Below, in pieces: positions 26,216-41,645 of a DNA stretch of 64,000 nucleotides; positions within the stretch are counted from its first letter, which is position 1; each line of letters opens with the position of its first letter. Position numbers and translations under genes: made by a program. This DNA is from Eledone cirrhosa (taxonomy: Eukaryota). The stretch is taken from assembly GCA_964016885.1 (NCBI GenBank), contig OZ024741.1, forward strand, positions 159,526,001 through 159,590,000, written 5' to 3'. The notes under the pieces were generated by a model. That model had not been told where the DNA came from, made no database searches, and saw nothing but the letters and a program-made list of their open reading frames with translations.

Positions 26216-26309
26216 CTCCACTTCCTTTAAACATGACCTCAATAAGACTTTGTATTTTTGCATCGTTGTGTCTGTTTTGTTTTATTTGTTCCACTCTCTC
26301 TCTATATAT

Positions 26310-26410
26310 AATTGTTTCTACTTTTGGCACAAGGCCAGCAATTATCCCAGTGTATTACTGGTACTTTATTTTATCGACCCCGTAAGGATGAAAGGCAAAG
26401 TTAACCTCGG
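26310..26410 (-). mobile_element. Nin SINE fragment
   Basis: Core and tail only. Confidence 0.8.
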
Positions 26411-26579
26411 AAAACCAAAGATGTGGGTTCGTGTCCCGTGTACGTCGATATTCATCCTTTTTTCCATTTAGAGGGTTTTTAAAAAAATTCCCAATTAACA
26501 AACTAATTCTATGTAGTCAAATACGGCGTAAGCACATATTACTACCTAATTTTCAAATTCACTAGCCTGCTTTGTATCT

Positions 26580-26627
<48 letters not shown>

Positions 26628-26838
26628 CGAAGAAAGTGTGGTAAGGAACCAGATGGAGCATAACACACCAGAGTACTCAATACTTAGGGTAGTAGAGTGG
26701 GTAATAGGAAAATGTTTAACCCCGCCGGCAGAAATAGCCCTCGAAACGGCTTGAGCTCTGCCGTCCGGGTTATACATTTTCTCTCTCTATATATATATAT
26801 GTAGATATTCGTATATATATGTATGTATATATTCATAT

Positions 26839-26948
<110 letters not shown>

Positions 26949-28166
26949 CTCTATATATCTATACGTCGACGCATATACACCTCACAACTGCCAATATAGT
27001 CATCACGAGATGTTATTAAACTCTGACACTCTAAACTTATTGCTTCCCCCCAATTCTTACATGTATATTTATATGTTGGAAGATGTCTTCTTCTCGTTGC
27101 TTCCCCCACCCTCTTCCATTAATCACACGTATACATTCACACACACATACATATATGCACATACATGTAGCCACATGCATATATGCACATACGTGGTAAG
27201 TTTTATATATTTATTTTACAATTTTCTACTTAGGAATCTATATATTTGTGTATAAATAGATGGATAAATATAAGTGTAAACGTGAGAGAGGGTGGGTGGG
27301 GTGGGTGGGGGTGGGTGGGTCGAGAAAAGAGAAAGAAAGAGTACTCAGTATTATATGTATAACACATGCACACATACATATACTTATATAATATATATAT
27401 ATACATATAATATATATATATATAATATATATATATATATAGCTCTAGTTCATTAGCTTCTGTGGAGCGCTTGCCACACATCTCGGAAGTTGTTTTTCGC
27501 TAATTTCCAATAGCCGAAATACGATTCTCGCTAATTTATATTTGTATTAATCTCCGGAGTCTAGCTATTGACCAGTTAATTTTCTTGATTTTTTTTTGTT
27601 GATTCTATTGACTGATGAATAGCTTTTGTTAATTTTAAAACCATTCTGTTGAGAACTTAATTCGTTTTGTGATATTTTGCAATTTTGAAATAATAACACA
27701 CATACTGAATTCATCAAAACTAAGGGTTGCCCCCCTTGTCGAGCCCCACGTGGGTTTTGATAACGGTCAGTCTTTCGCTTGGCACTTGAACTAAAAGCCT
27801 GTTGAGAAAGTGACTTCCTTGTTCAATCATCTTACCAAAAGCTTAACATTATTTGTCTAAGCGGACAGTACTTGATTTAGGAGTTGCAGAAACCCAAATG
27901 CTGGATATTTTAGCAACCTTCCAGGGGTCCGGGTATAATTTTTCAATCATATTTTATTTGTTTGACCCGAATTACTTGGTCGTTTCTATGGCTGTGCGGA
28001 TAATGGTTTAACCATCGTCTCAGTATGTTTGGCCTTTTAACTTATGTTGTAGTTCTAGTAAACTAGCTTGCCACACATCTCGGAAGTTTTTCGCTAATTT
28101 CCAATAGCCGAAATATGAATCTCGCTAATTTATATTTGTATATATATATAAATATTTATATATATT

Positions 28167-28210
<44 letters not shown>

Positions 28211-28338
28211 TATAGAAAAGCTTCTATATTAAAACATTTTTACTCTGCTATGTATTGAGTACCTTACTTACTGTGGTTACCCCCGATTGAACCCGGAATA
28301 ACTTATATTTTTGAAAATAGCATATATTTTCACTAGCT

Positions 28339-28426
28339 CTGACAGTTTGGCGGGTGAACAGTGACCTGTACTGATGAAGGGTGATACCCAGAAACATTGG
28401 TGTCTGCAGTTCTGTTCGCATGTCAG
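28339..28426 (+). ncRNA. Type I hammerhead ribozyme with a GUC site
   Basis: CTGATGA at 28371, stem II GGGT-GAT-ACCC, GAAACA-TTGG-TGTC, stem I CTGTA/TGCAG extended by GAACAG/CTGTTC and CTGACA/TGTCAG. Confidence 0.85.
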
Positions 28427-28694
28427 CACAGAAGCGGGAATGAAGTGTTCATTCTACTGACATGGCTATAAAATTGAGGCTTGTTTGCATAATTGCAAAC
28501 GAATCGAATGTTATTATTAATATTCTAAAAACTCAGATTACATTTATTATAAATATATAAATACAGTAAGGTGTATTATTGGTTGTGCAAAACGGTCCAA
28601 TAAATTTTTGTTAGCAATATTAAGTTCTCCACGCTTTAGTATATCTCCAATTCCATTCAAGGGAACAGCTAGATGATGTAAAACGGAGTATTAG

Positions 28695-29840
28695 TATCAA
28701 AATAAAGATCCGAAGGCAAGGTAAAATTTCCAATCATTTTAATCACGACACATGTTTCAATAAGAGATAGATCGATCGTGAAGCCATGATCAATTATCAC
28801 TGATCTCATCAGGTGAAAATGAATTGTCTTCAAATTCTTGATATGAGGGATAATACACCTCCACCACTCAAACACCTATCTTAAAAGCCGGGAAATCGCT
28901 CTTACTGACACCTTAACCCAAATACCCAACCCTACACGGAGCCCCTTTCTAGCCTACATAGTGGTTGCTTGCACGCACAGATTTGGGGACTCGGATTATC
29001 AATGGGACAGCGGTACATACTGAGTTCGATATGAGCTGATTGCTTGCTCTTCACATGGATGTGTATATATCTAGACATACACTTTTTTGGACAATACGGA
29101 TGTGTATATACCATAAAATACACTATTTGGAGATACGGATGTTACAATTCAATCTATACAAGTGTAGCAGAACAATGAACTGAACTTACTTGCTTGTGTG
29201 TAGGGCTGTGGTTGACCCAATATTTCCAATTTGCATCGTCAAATTGAGATTTAACCAATGTAGCATTTGTTGTTTTGTAAACTAACTTTCGGTGAATGTT
29301 GTGTTGGTATATTCTTATATTTATTGTTTTTTCTTTGAAATCGCTTCGGTGTGTGTGAGAGTGTGTGTGTACCCACTCACACTAATTGTGACCGTCTATA
29401 GTTCTACAGATTTGATAATGTGTTGATGTGTGTATATATATATATATATTTTTCTTTTTTCTCTGACCTCGAGTCGATGTGTGTGGGTGTTGAGTGTGTG
29501 TGTGTACCCATTCACTGTGACCGACTGTATTTCTACAGATTTGATTGATGTCCAGCGTCTTTTGCAGATATAGAAATTTGATAATTTTATGACCTTAACT
29601 GAAGTTGATAGCAGTCGCAGCATTTTGACTGCTTGATCTTTATATGAGGGAATAAACTGTGTGAGTGAACATTGCTAATTTTCTCCCTCATATCAAGAAT
29701 TTGAAGACAATTCATTTTCACCTGATGAGATCAGTGATAATTGATCATGGCTTCACGATCGATCTATCTCTTATTGAAACATGTGTCGTGATTAAAATGA
29801 TTGGAAATTTTACCTTACCTTCGAATTTTCATTTTGATAT
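28695..29840. mobile_element. Fold-back unit with ~150-bp inverted arms, each carrying a hammerhead
   Basis: Arms 28695-28850 and 29685-29840. CTGATGA at 29722 and GAAAC-ATGT-GTC at 29776. The spacer has a weak GIY-YIG-like trace on the minus strand (VFYGIY..KVYV). Confidence 0.8.
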
Positions 29841-30010
29841 ATATAAATATATATATATATATATGCATATATAAACATATATATACATATATATATATAT
29901 GTAAAAGGTAAACAGAAATAACATCACAATCGGTTGCTATATCAAGCGTTAACCTAATATATTCCTTCCATATACTGTACCGATTGTGTTGTTATTTCTG
30001 TTTACCTTTT

Positions 30011-30148
<138 letters not shown>

Positions 30149-30229
30149 GTATATATATGCATATATATATATATATATATATAGTTTTGCGAGGTTTTTG
30201 ATATGAAATCGTGTGTCGAAACAAATATT

Positions 30230-30779
30230 GTTATACTTGGGGAGGGTCATATTTGTGTAATAATATTGCCAGAATTAATAACAGAACACACTCACTGTTT
30301 GGTTGGTTTTCGCTTTTCGCTTCTGTGTCTTTTATATCGGTTAATTTAATTTATTCGGTCCTCAATGTTGCCATTGACTGACCAACGGTCAAAAATACAG
30401 ATACAATATAGACACAAACACATATATATAGTCTATCAAAGTTCTTTCGTTGCACATCTGCAACATCGTCAGTGGTGCTATTGTTTCCTCCCGTTGCATT
30501 GTATGTCTACGCCATCTTTATAAAGATAAATATGACGTAGACACGATGTTGCAGATGTGCAACGAAAGAACTTTGATAGACTATATATATGTGTTTGTGT
30601 CTATACTTTATCTGTATTTTTGACCGTTGGTCAGTCAATGGCAACATTGAGGACCGAATAAATTAAATTAACCGATATAAAAGACACAGAAGCGAAAAGC
30701 GAAAACCAACCAAACAGTGAGTGTGTTCTGTTATTAATTCTGGCAATATTACACAAATATGACCCTCCCCAAGTATAAC
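30230..30779. mobile_element. Fold-back unit (arms ~238 bp) derived from the 3' end of the PLE at 57900-60000
   Basis: Arms 30230-30468 and 30543-30779; homologous to 59690-60000; HHR-like CTGACGA-TGTTGCA..TGCAAC-GAAAG on the minus strand. Confidence 0.85.
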
Positions 30780-30792
30780 TATATATATATAT

Positions 30793-30953
30793 ATATTTAT
30801 TAAAATAACAGATTAAAGTTTAAGCAAAGAATCGCTGCTTTCACCCTTAACGGGATCTTCTGAAACGGGATCTTCTGGAGTTTCAGTAGATCTCGTTAAG
30901 GGTGAAAGCAGCGATTCTTTGCTTAAACTTTAATCTGTTATTTTAATAAATAT
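30793..30953. repeat. Inverted repeat of the family also found at 44561 and 48527
   Basis: CAGATTAAAGTTTAAGCAAAGAATCGCTGCTTTCACCCTTAACGGGATCTTC and its reverse complement. Confidence 0.85.
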
Positions 30954-31809
30954 TTGCTCTACGGTTCTTATATATTTGATGTATATTTATCCTTATCGAA
31001 GTAGTTCCACAACAGTTAGTTCACCATACCGAGAACAAATGCGGATCTTCCACGCATATGTATATATATATATATATATATATATCTATATATATATATA
31101 TATACACATGCGTGGGAGAAGAAACGAATTTAAGGAATATTCAGGTGGCACTACATATTGGTAACACGAATGGATTAATTTTGCAGCGATCTTATTTGAT
31201 TATATGTGAAAATATCTGAGATAAGTTGTTTATAAAACTATCACCATCTCCTGGTGTACTGTATTAACTTCGATATTACATTCTCATTGTATTAACCTTA
31301 TCTTGAAACTGTATATTTACATAGTACTAACCACATATTTACAGTGAATATTTACAGTGTATTAACAACATATGTACAGTGTATATTTACTTTGTATATT
31401 TACATTGTATATTTACATTGTATATTTACTTATCTATGAAACTCATGTTTACAGCATATATGTTCCGTGTAAACAGAATATATTTAAAGTGTATTAACAT
31501 CATTTTCACTGTGTATATTATTCCGCATACAGTCAATATTTACTTATACTGTCTCTTTTGCAGTATATATTTACTTATGTATTAACATCATATTTATATT
31601 GTATATGTACAGTGTTAATTAGTAATAGCACTAACACAACGTGATTCAGAATAAAGTCATATATATGGATCCGTATCCGTATACAAGGCAAATTTGAACT
31701 AAGCGAAATTAGAACTCAGAACATAAATGGCTATAACTATGATAAATAGCGCCAGCCGCTCTCTCTAACATTCTGACGTTTCTGCCAATTTATTATTTTG
31801 AAGGAAATG

Positions 31810-31958
31810 CTTTCTAGCATAGTTACGTCCCTTTACAGTCTGAGTTCAAATCCCGCCGAGGTTAACTTTGCCTTTCATCCTTACGGGGTCGATAAAATAA
31901 AGTACCAGTAATGTACTTGATAATTGCTGGCCTTGTGCCTAAAGTAGAAACAATTATT
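31810..31958 (+). mobile_element. Nin SINE, 5'-truncated
   Basis: B box, core and tail. Confidence 0.85.
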
Positions 31959-31994
31959 TTTAAGGAAATGGATTTTCTGAAATTGTAAAATGGA

Positions 31995-32265
31995 TGACAG
32001 ATTAGTCGAATTTTTAAGGGGTTGGCAGATTGGTGTAATTTTAAAGAGATGGCAGATTGGTCATTTTTATGTGGGTGGTGGACCGGTGGAATATTTAAGA
32101 GGCTGGTTGATCGGTCGAATTTGTAAAGGGGTGGCAGATGTGGAAGTTTTAAAGAGGTGGTGAATTAGTTGAATTTCTAAGATGGTGGATTGGCCGAATT
32201 TTAAAGATGTGAGTGAATTGGCCATGTATTTACAGAGTGGTGGATTGGAGAACATTTTAAGTGGG
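31995..32265. repeat. Degenerate ~28-bp tandem repeat
   Basis: Recurring TTTAAAGAGGTGGCAGATTGGTCGAA-like units. Confidence 0.6.
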
Positions 32266-32384
32266 GAGGGTTGCACAAAATAACTATCGACATTTAGTTA
32301 TGTCTGGAGTCAAATTTGATTTTTATCTTCTAGCCTGGGTCGATAAAATATAGAACCACTCAGGTTATTGTCCATTTAATCAAC

Positions 32385-33340
32385 TGTGATCTATGTCTGC
32401 TCCATTGTTCAAGACATTAGCTTGATAGTTTCGGATGAGCAGACTCTGATCTTGAGCTGCAAGGATAAATCCTTCTGTTTCAGCTTTCAAACAAGTGCTA
32501 TGCAGCCACTGATGGGTTCTTTTCATATCTACATCAGCTTTCCCAGCTCGTTTTTCTTGCCACAGTCATAACATTTCCTTCAAGCTTTCCTGTTTGGCTT
32601 TTGTTTTACTATTTTTTGCTGCCTTAGTGGGTGACGTCTTAGTTATTATCATTGTGATAATTCATTATTCCTGTTCATAATTTCCAGTGTCTGTATCATA
32701 TGTTTCAGCTCGATTTTCTGGGATGACAGCAACATTATTTTTATTGTTTGTAATACTGCGGGTGTAAGACGGTTGTTATGCATGATGTCTCTGCATACGT
32801 TGGCTAGTTTGTTTAGATCAGTATAACCACGGGTGTAGTCCCTTATTATTTCTCTCCAGATATTAAAGCACTCCTCAGTTGGTTCAATGCTATGTAGGAT
32901 GCTGTCATGACTTGATCATACTCTTCTCTTGCCCATCTATTTCTAGTCGTTCTTTTGACGTTTGTGTTATTTGGTGTTTGTCTTAAGGTGTTAAGGAGAT
33001 TTCCCGGTTCTGATTTCCCCCAAGATCCCTTTCAGAGGAGTTTGTTCCTGTCGTCAAATTTTCGACCTCCTCAGACTAGTACCTGACGGACGCGTCTCTT
33101 GCTGACTCACAAGACGGATGATGTGATATATTTTGTTTCTCGTCTGCCTTTTAAATGAAGAGTCTATTTTAACCTGACTGGCAAGGAGAGATTTTCGTCA
33201 CTACTCTAGACTGGTTCATTTCAAGAATCTTGGAGGTGTCTGTCTACCCTCATTTAGATGGGTTATACTGCACTGGACACTAACCCAGTATTCACAACCC
33301 TACAGCAGTGGGTTAAGCTGCGCTGGCCACCACCCCAGTA
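32385..33340 (-). pseudogene. R4/Dong-like RLE LINE, internally deleted
   Basis: N-terminal RNRWAREEY..WRE..NKLANVCRDIMHNNRL joined to C-terminal THQWL..LKAETEGFILAAQDQSL; no RT between them. Confidence 0.6.
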
Positions 33341-33539
33341 TTCCATTATATTAATGAATTAGTTTGACAGCGACTATAGTGTTTTTTTTTTGTGTAAAAT
33401 AGAATTTATAACAGAGCTTAGGAAAATAAATATTTAAAAACAAACATAACAAATTCCCCAACGGTGAGGAGATTCCAAGGGTTACTCGTGGAGGAAGCTC
33501 ACAAAAGCCATGGTCACCCAGATCGCTAGAAAATAATAA

Positions 33540-33965
33540 TAATTGTTTTTACTTTTGGCACAAGGCCAGCAATTATCTCAGTGCATTACTGGTGCTTTAT
33601 TTTATCCAACCCGTAATGATGAAAGGCAAAGTTAACCTCGGCGGGATTTGAACACAGACCGTAAAGGGCCGTAATTCCATGCTGCAAAGCAAGGCGTCCG
33701 ACTCTCCACCGATACTAAGCGGTGGATTGACAGAATCGTCCGATCGCTGGACAATATTCTTTGAGGTATTTATTCCGGCTCTTTACGTTCTGAGTTCAAT
33801 CAGATCTCACCTTTTATCTTTCCGGATCCGAACCAGTAAAGTATCAGTCGAGTACTGTGGTCGATAAAATAAATTATCAGTTAAGTAATGGGGGCGATTT
33901 AATCGACTTCTCCCCATTCCCATCAAATTGCTGGCCTTGTGCCAAAAGTAGAAATAATAATAATT
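33540..33965. mobile_element. Head-to-head Nin SINE copies
   Basis: 33540-33716 (-), followed by diverged (+) copies. Confidence 0.75.
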
Positions 33966-34240
33966 ATTATTACTTTTATTACTAGAATCTTCTACATTCA
34001 ATATAGGTCAATTAGAGCATTCATCTGTTTTTAATATCACACATGGTGTAACAAAAGAGGGAACATTCCAGAAAAGTAATCTTAGAAAGAAGGAGGGAGG
34101 AGAGACAAAACACCACCAACAACAAAAAACTATACAAAAACAAAAAAACCCCAAAAAACATATTTCTTGAAAAACAATTTATTCACAATATAGAATTAAA
34201 TGCAGAAATTTAATCAGGAAATTATATAGATAGCTAATCG

Positions 34241-35311
<1,071 letters not shown>

Positions 35312-35739
35312 ATGTATAAATATATATATAAGAAGAGAGAGAGAAATACATCAATGCAACCACACACACACACACATACACACACACATACACACACACA
35401 CACACACACCTATATATATACGTGTACATATATACACAAAGGTGTTTGTAGAAAGGGTATATACTCTACGATGTAGGTAGCTATGTTGACAGATCCACTT
35501 TGGAAAGAGGAAAAAAAATTATGAAATGAGCAATGTATGCACAACACATACACACTAACACACATATACGCATGCACATACACAGATACATGAGAAGTAG
35601 TCGTAGGAGAATTACTTAATTTACAATCTTGCGGTTTTTCTTTAAAAATTATTTTTGTGTAATTTTGATAATTAAGAAAGTTTTGTCTAGCTTCTCCTTT
35701 GCTTATTGCAGAGTATACATAGAATCAATAGATTAATTG

Positions 35740-35780
<41 letters not shown>

Positions 35781-35927
35781 GTTCCAACGTTTTCCCTTTC
35801 TCTCCGAACTCTTCATTTTCCGAAGAAGCGCTTCTGTCGAAACTTTCTTTTACTTCTTCCAAAGCGTGAAACTAATAAGATTTTGTGATTTCGAATCTCT
35901 ATATTTGTCTTGTCTATTCTTGACCTA

Positions 35928-35984
<57 letters not shown>

Positions 35985-36689
35985 GTGAAGTTTGAAGGCT
36001 ACGGCAATGCGAAATGGATAAACAAGAAAATAAGACGAAACAAGATGTTATGTGTTACCTTATTTATTTATCTGTACTGATATTTCGTGATAAAATCTCT
36101 TCTTTGGCAGGTATATCTATTAATGTATGTGAATGTGCGAGTGTGTGTGTTTCAGGTATGATCTTTTGGATAATTTTATTTCAATTTAAATTTGGAATAT
36201 TATATGAGTATTAACAAAGAGCCACAAATCGTAAAGATACTTTTATTCATGCATTGGTAGGTAAGAATTATCAGTTGAAGAATCATATGAACAATATGGT
36301 TTTGAAAAAAAATTGAAAAGGCTATGTAGCCGGTAAGAGTGTCAGACACAATGAGTTGCGGCCCGAGTTAAGACAATTTGAAATCTTTTCCGCCATCAAT
36401 TGTTAAAAAACAAGTTGAAATCATTTAGTCGTCCATTCGTAACGTACGTTACCCATTAGTTACATACACACACATCTATCTACACGTAAATACATAAGCA
36501 GAAAGAGACAACAGAAGAAAGAGGCCGGTGAAACGCTATAGCGATGTGTGTTGCGTCCCTTTAGGGTTTACCGGCTACATAGCCTATCCGAAAAAAATCA
36601 GTTATTTTGGATTGAGCTGATTTGACATTTTGACTTAACAGAAAGTCTTCAATTCCAGTCACATATTGTAACACAGTATCCGATATTGC

Positions 36690-38908
<2,219 letters not shown>

Positions 38909-39141
38909 AATAATGCTTCAATCAATCCCGGTTGTAGAGTGCTCAACTAATCGGGCTGGAAATATATATATATATATATATATATATGCTGAGGCTGGGT
39001 GTGTGACGTTGATCACAACCTTTCATAGCGAAAGGCCTTCAAAATGTTTTTCAGAAACATTCCGTATATTATTCAATATATAGTACGTACATTTATATGT
39101 ATATCGCTATTTCGGAGCACCAATACAAATCTCTCTCTCGC

Positions 39142-39231
<90 letters not shown>

Positions 39232-39235
<4 letters not shown>

Positions 39236-39340
39236 GCCAAGGTTAACTTTGCCTTTCATCCTTACGGGGTTGATAAAATAAAGTACCAGTAATGTACTGG
39301 GTAATTGCTGGCCTTGTGCCAAAAGTAGAAACAATTATTA
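39232..39340 (+). mobile_element. Nin SINE 3' fragment
   Basis: Core and tail. Confidence 0.8.
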
Positions 39341-39847
39341 TATATAGCACACTATTCAGTTTCTTAAAATACTTAGAAGTGTCTAGAATACTAATTTGTC
39401 ACCCACTGATGTGCATAAATTGTTAATTCTATTCACAATTAACATTGCGAAACAACACCAAGTTGTCTTGGTGATTGGTAGTTACCACAATTTCGGTTTG
39501 TATTTATTTTCTTGATTTTTTCTTAAATTGAGACAAGCGAACCCAATTGTCTATAGTTAGTATTCTTTTCACCTTAGCGAATCTGGTCCCTTACGATTTG
39601 AACACATATATGTATATATCTGTGTTCGTTTTTTCTTTTATATTCAATTATAATATACGGCTCGAAAATATCTTTTTCTTAGAGCTATTTTGTTGTAAGA
39701 GACTATTTTGAGTTCCTAACTCAATATATATACCTTTGATATATATATATATATAACTAAAGATTAATATGGTTCGTTGATTATTCAACGAATACAATTT
39801 TACAATAGATTAGAAGCACTCGACAGTGATTTACCTCCAGTATTTAA

Positions 39848-40520
39848 TATTATTCAAAATATTAATAAATGAAAAAATTCTCATAATCAAAATATATATT
39901 TTATTATATCGGTAGAGGGTCGGACGCCATGCTTTGACGCATTGAGTTACGGCCCTTGCCATTCTGAGTTCAAATCCCGCCGAGGTTAACTTTGCCTTTC
40001 ATCCTTACGGGGTCGATAAAATAAAGTACCAGTAATACACTGGGGTAATAGCTGGCCTTGTGCCGAAAGTAGAAACAATATATATATTTCAAAGGTACAA
40101 TGGTGTTTAAGTACGTTTTCATCAGACAAAATATAAGATTTTATACCATAAATAATATGATAAATTTAGAGAAGAAGAGGACGTAAAGCAAGGTAGAAAT
40201 ATAGAGGGGGTGTTTATTTCTCGCCTTTTCCTTTTCTTTGCACCCCCCCCCCCTCTATATTTCTACTTTGCTCTACGTCCTCTTCTTCTCTAAGTTTATC
40301 ATATTATTTGTGGTATAAAAACGTTGAGAGTTGGTGAAATAAATCACTGCCACTATTGGAATTGAATAATCAAAACCGTAGCGGTATGTCGCATATCAAA
40401 TCTTATATTTTGTCTGATGAAAACGTACTTAAACACCATTGTACCTTTGAAATATATATAATAAAATATATATTTTGATTATGAGAATATTTTTCATTTA
40501 TTAATATTTTGAATAATATA
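39848..40520. mobile_element. Fold-back unit of the 5760-6050 pLTR family, hammerhead on both arms
   Basis: Plus-strand HHR: CTGATGA at 40414, GAAA at 40449. Minus-strand HHR: TCATCAG at 40119. The left arm is split by a SINE. Confidence 0.85.
39909..40080 (+). mobile_element. Nin SINE inserted in the minus-strand hammerhead
   Basis: Nearly complete copy between the two halves of the left arm. Confidence 0.85.
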
Positions 40521-40579
40521 TATATATATATAGTCAACTATACATACATACATATATATATACATACATAGTCAACTCA

Positions 40580-41485
40580 TGTCAGAGAACGGCCACTTCT
40601 TAGAGCAAAAAAAGATGAAGTTATATTAAGATACAGTGATGTAAACGGCATAATTATTATAAAATGAAGGAAAGCACACCAAGAGAAATGGCACAACAAT
40701 ACCACAACGAATCTATGGATGAAAAGCTGCATAATTATCAGAAAAAAGTCACACATGGCTATGTTTCCAGAAAGCTTCAAAGTGAGAGTAATATATATAT
40801 AAGCAAAGTACTCTATCTTGGACCAACAAACAATATATTAACTCTCTTTGAAGGGAATGCTTTTGCAATCCAAGAACAAGAAAGAGCTACAAAATACCTG
40901 ATGCACAAAAAGATAGGAATGCAGACAAAACACCTAGGATGTCATCCACATCATAAGAAGTTGCCGAAATATATCATCAGGGTACTAACTACCCACGAGG
41001 CATAATGAAGTGGCCAAAACACTATATAATGCAATCCGCAGAAAGGATAGCCTTGAGAATGAATATATAAAAAATGACAGCGATGTGGAGGGTATACGCA
41101 TACATAATATGAAAGAGTACTGGGAGTATGTTCCAATGCTCCAATAAAATGTAAACACGACAGACCAGATATAGTGATATTGGACAGAGAAAAGAGGACA
41201 TACACAGTAATGGAAATCAGTTGCCAGCAGATGTCAATATAATGGAAAAGATTAGCGAAAAGGAAAACATGCTGAACTAATGGGGAATCTGCAGATACTC
41301 CACCCTAAATATGCCTTTAGATTTGTACTTGTGATTATTGGGGCTCTAGATTATATTACAAACTGCTTCTATATAAATCTCGACAAGCTGGGCTTCACAG
41401 AACCAGAAAGAGAACGGCTAGTTAGGAAGTTGCAAGTACAATTCATTAATGAAATTGTAATAAGTAAAACATTTAAGAAATTCTG
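40580..41485 (+). pseudogene. R4/Dong/NeSL-type RLE LINE C-terminus, degraded
   Basis: THGYVSR, FEGNAFAIQEQE, RHNEVAK, RPDIV..D, EISC, VIIGAL. Confidence 0.7.
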
Positions 41486-41592
41486 CATATACACACGTAT
41501 ATGAGAATGAATGGAGGGAGGGAAGGCTGGCGGGTGGATAGATGTACGGCTGGCTGGTTGTATGCGTGTATTTGTATATCCGTATATAAATC

Positions 41593-41641
<49 letters not shown>

Positions 41642-41645
<4 letters not shown>

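Noticed and set aside
33250-33340. HDV-like ribozyme at the R4-like 5' end
   Set aside because: Could not assemble the P1/P2/P3 nested pseudoknot by eye.
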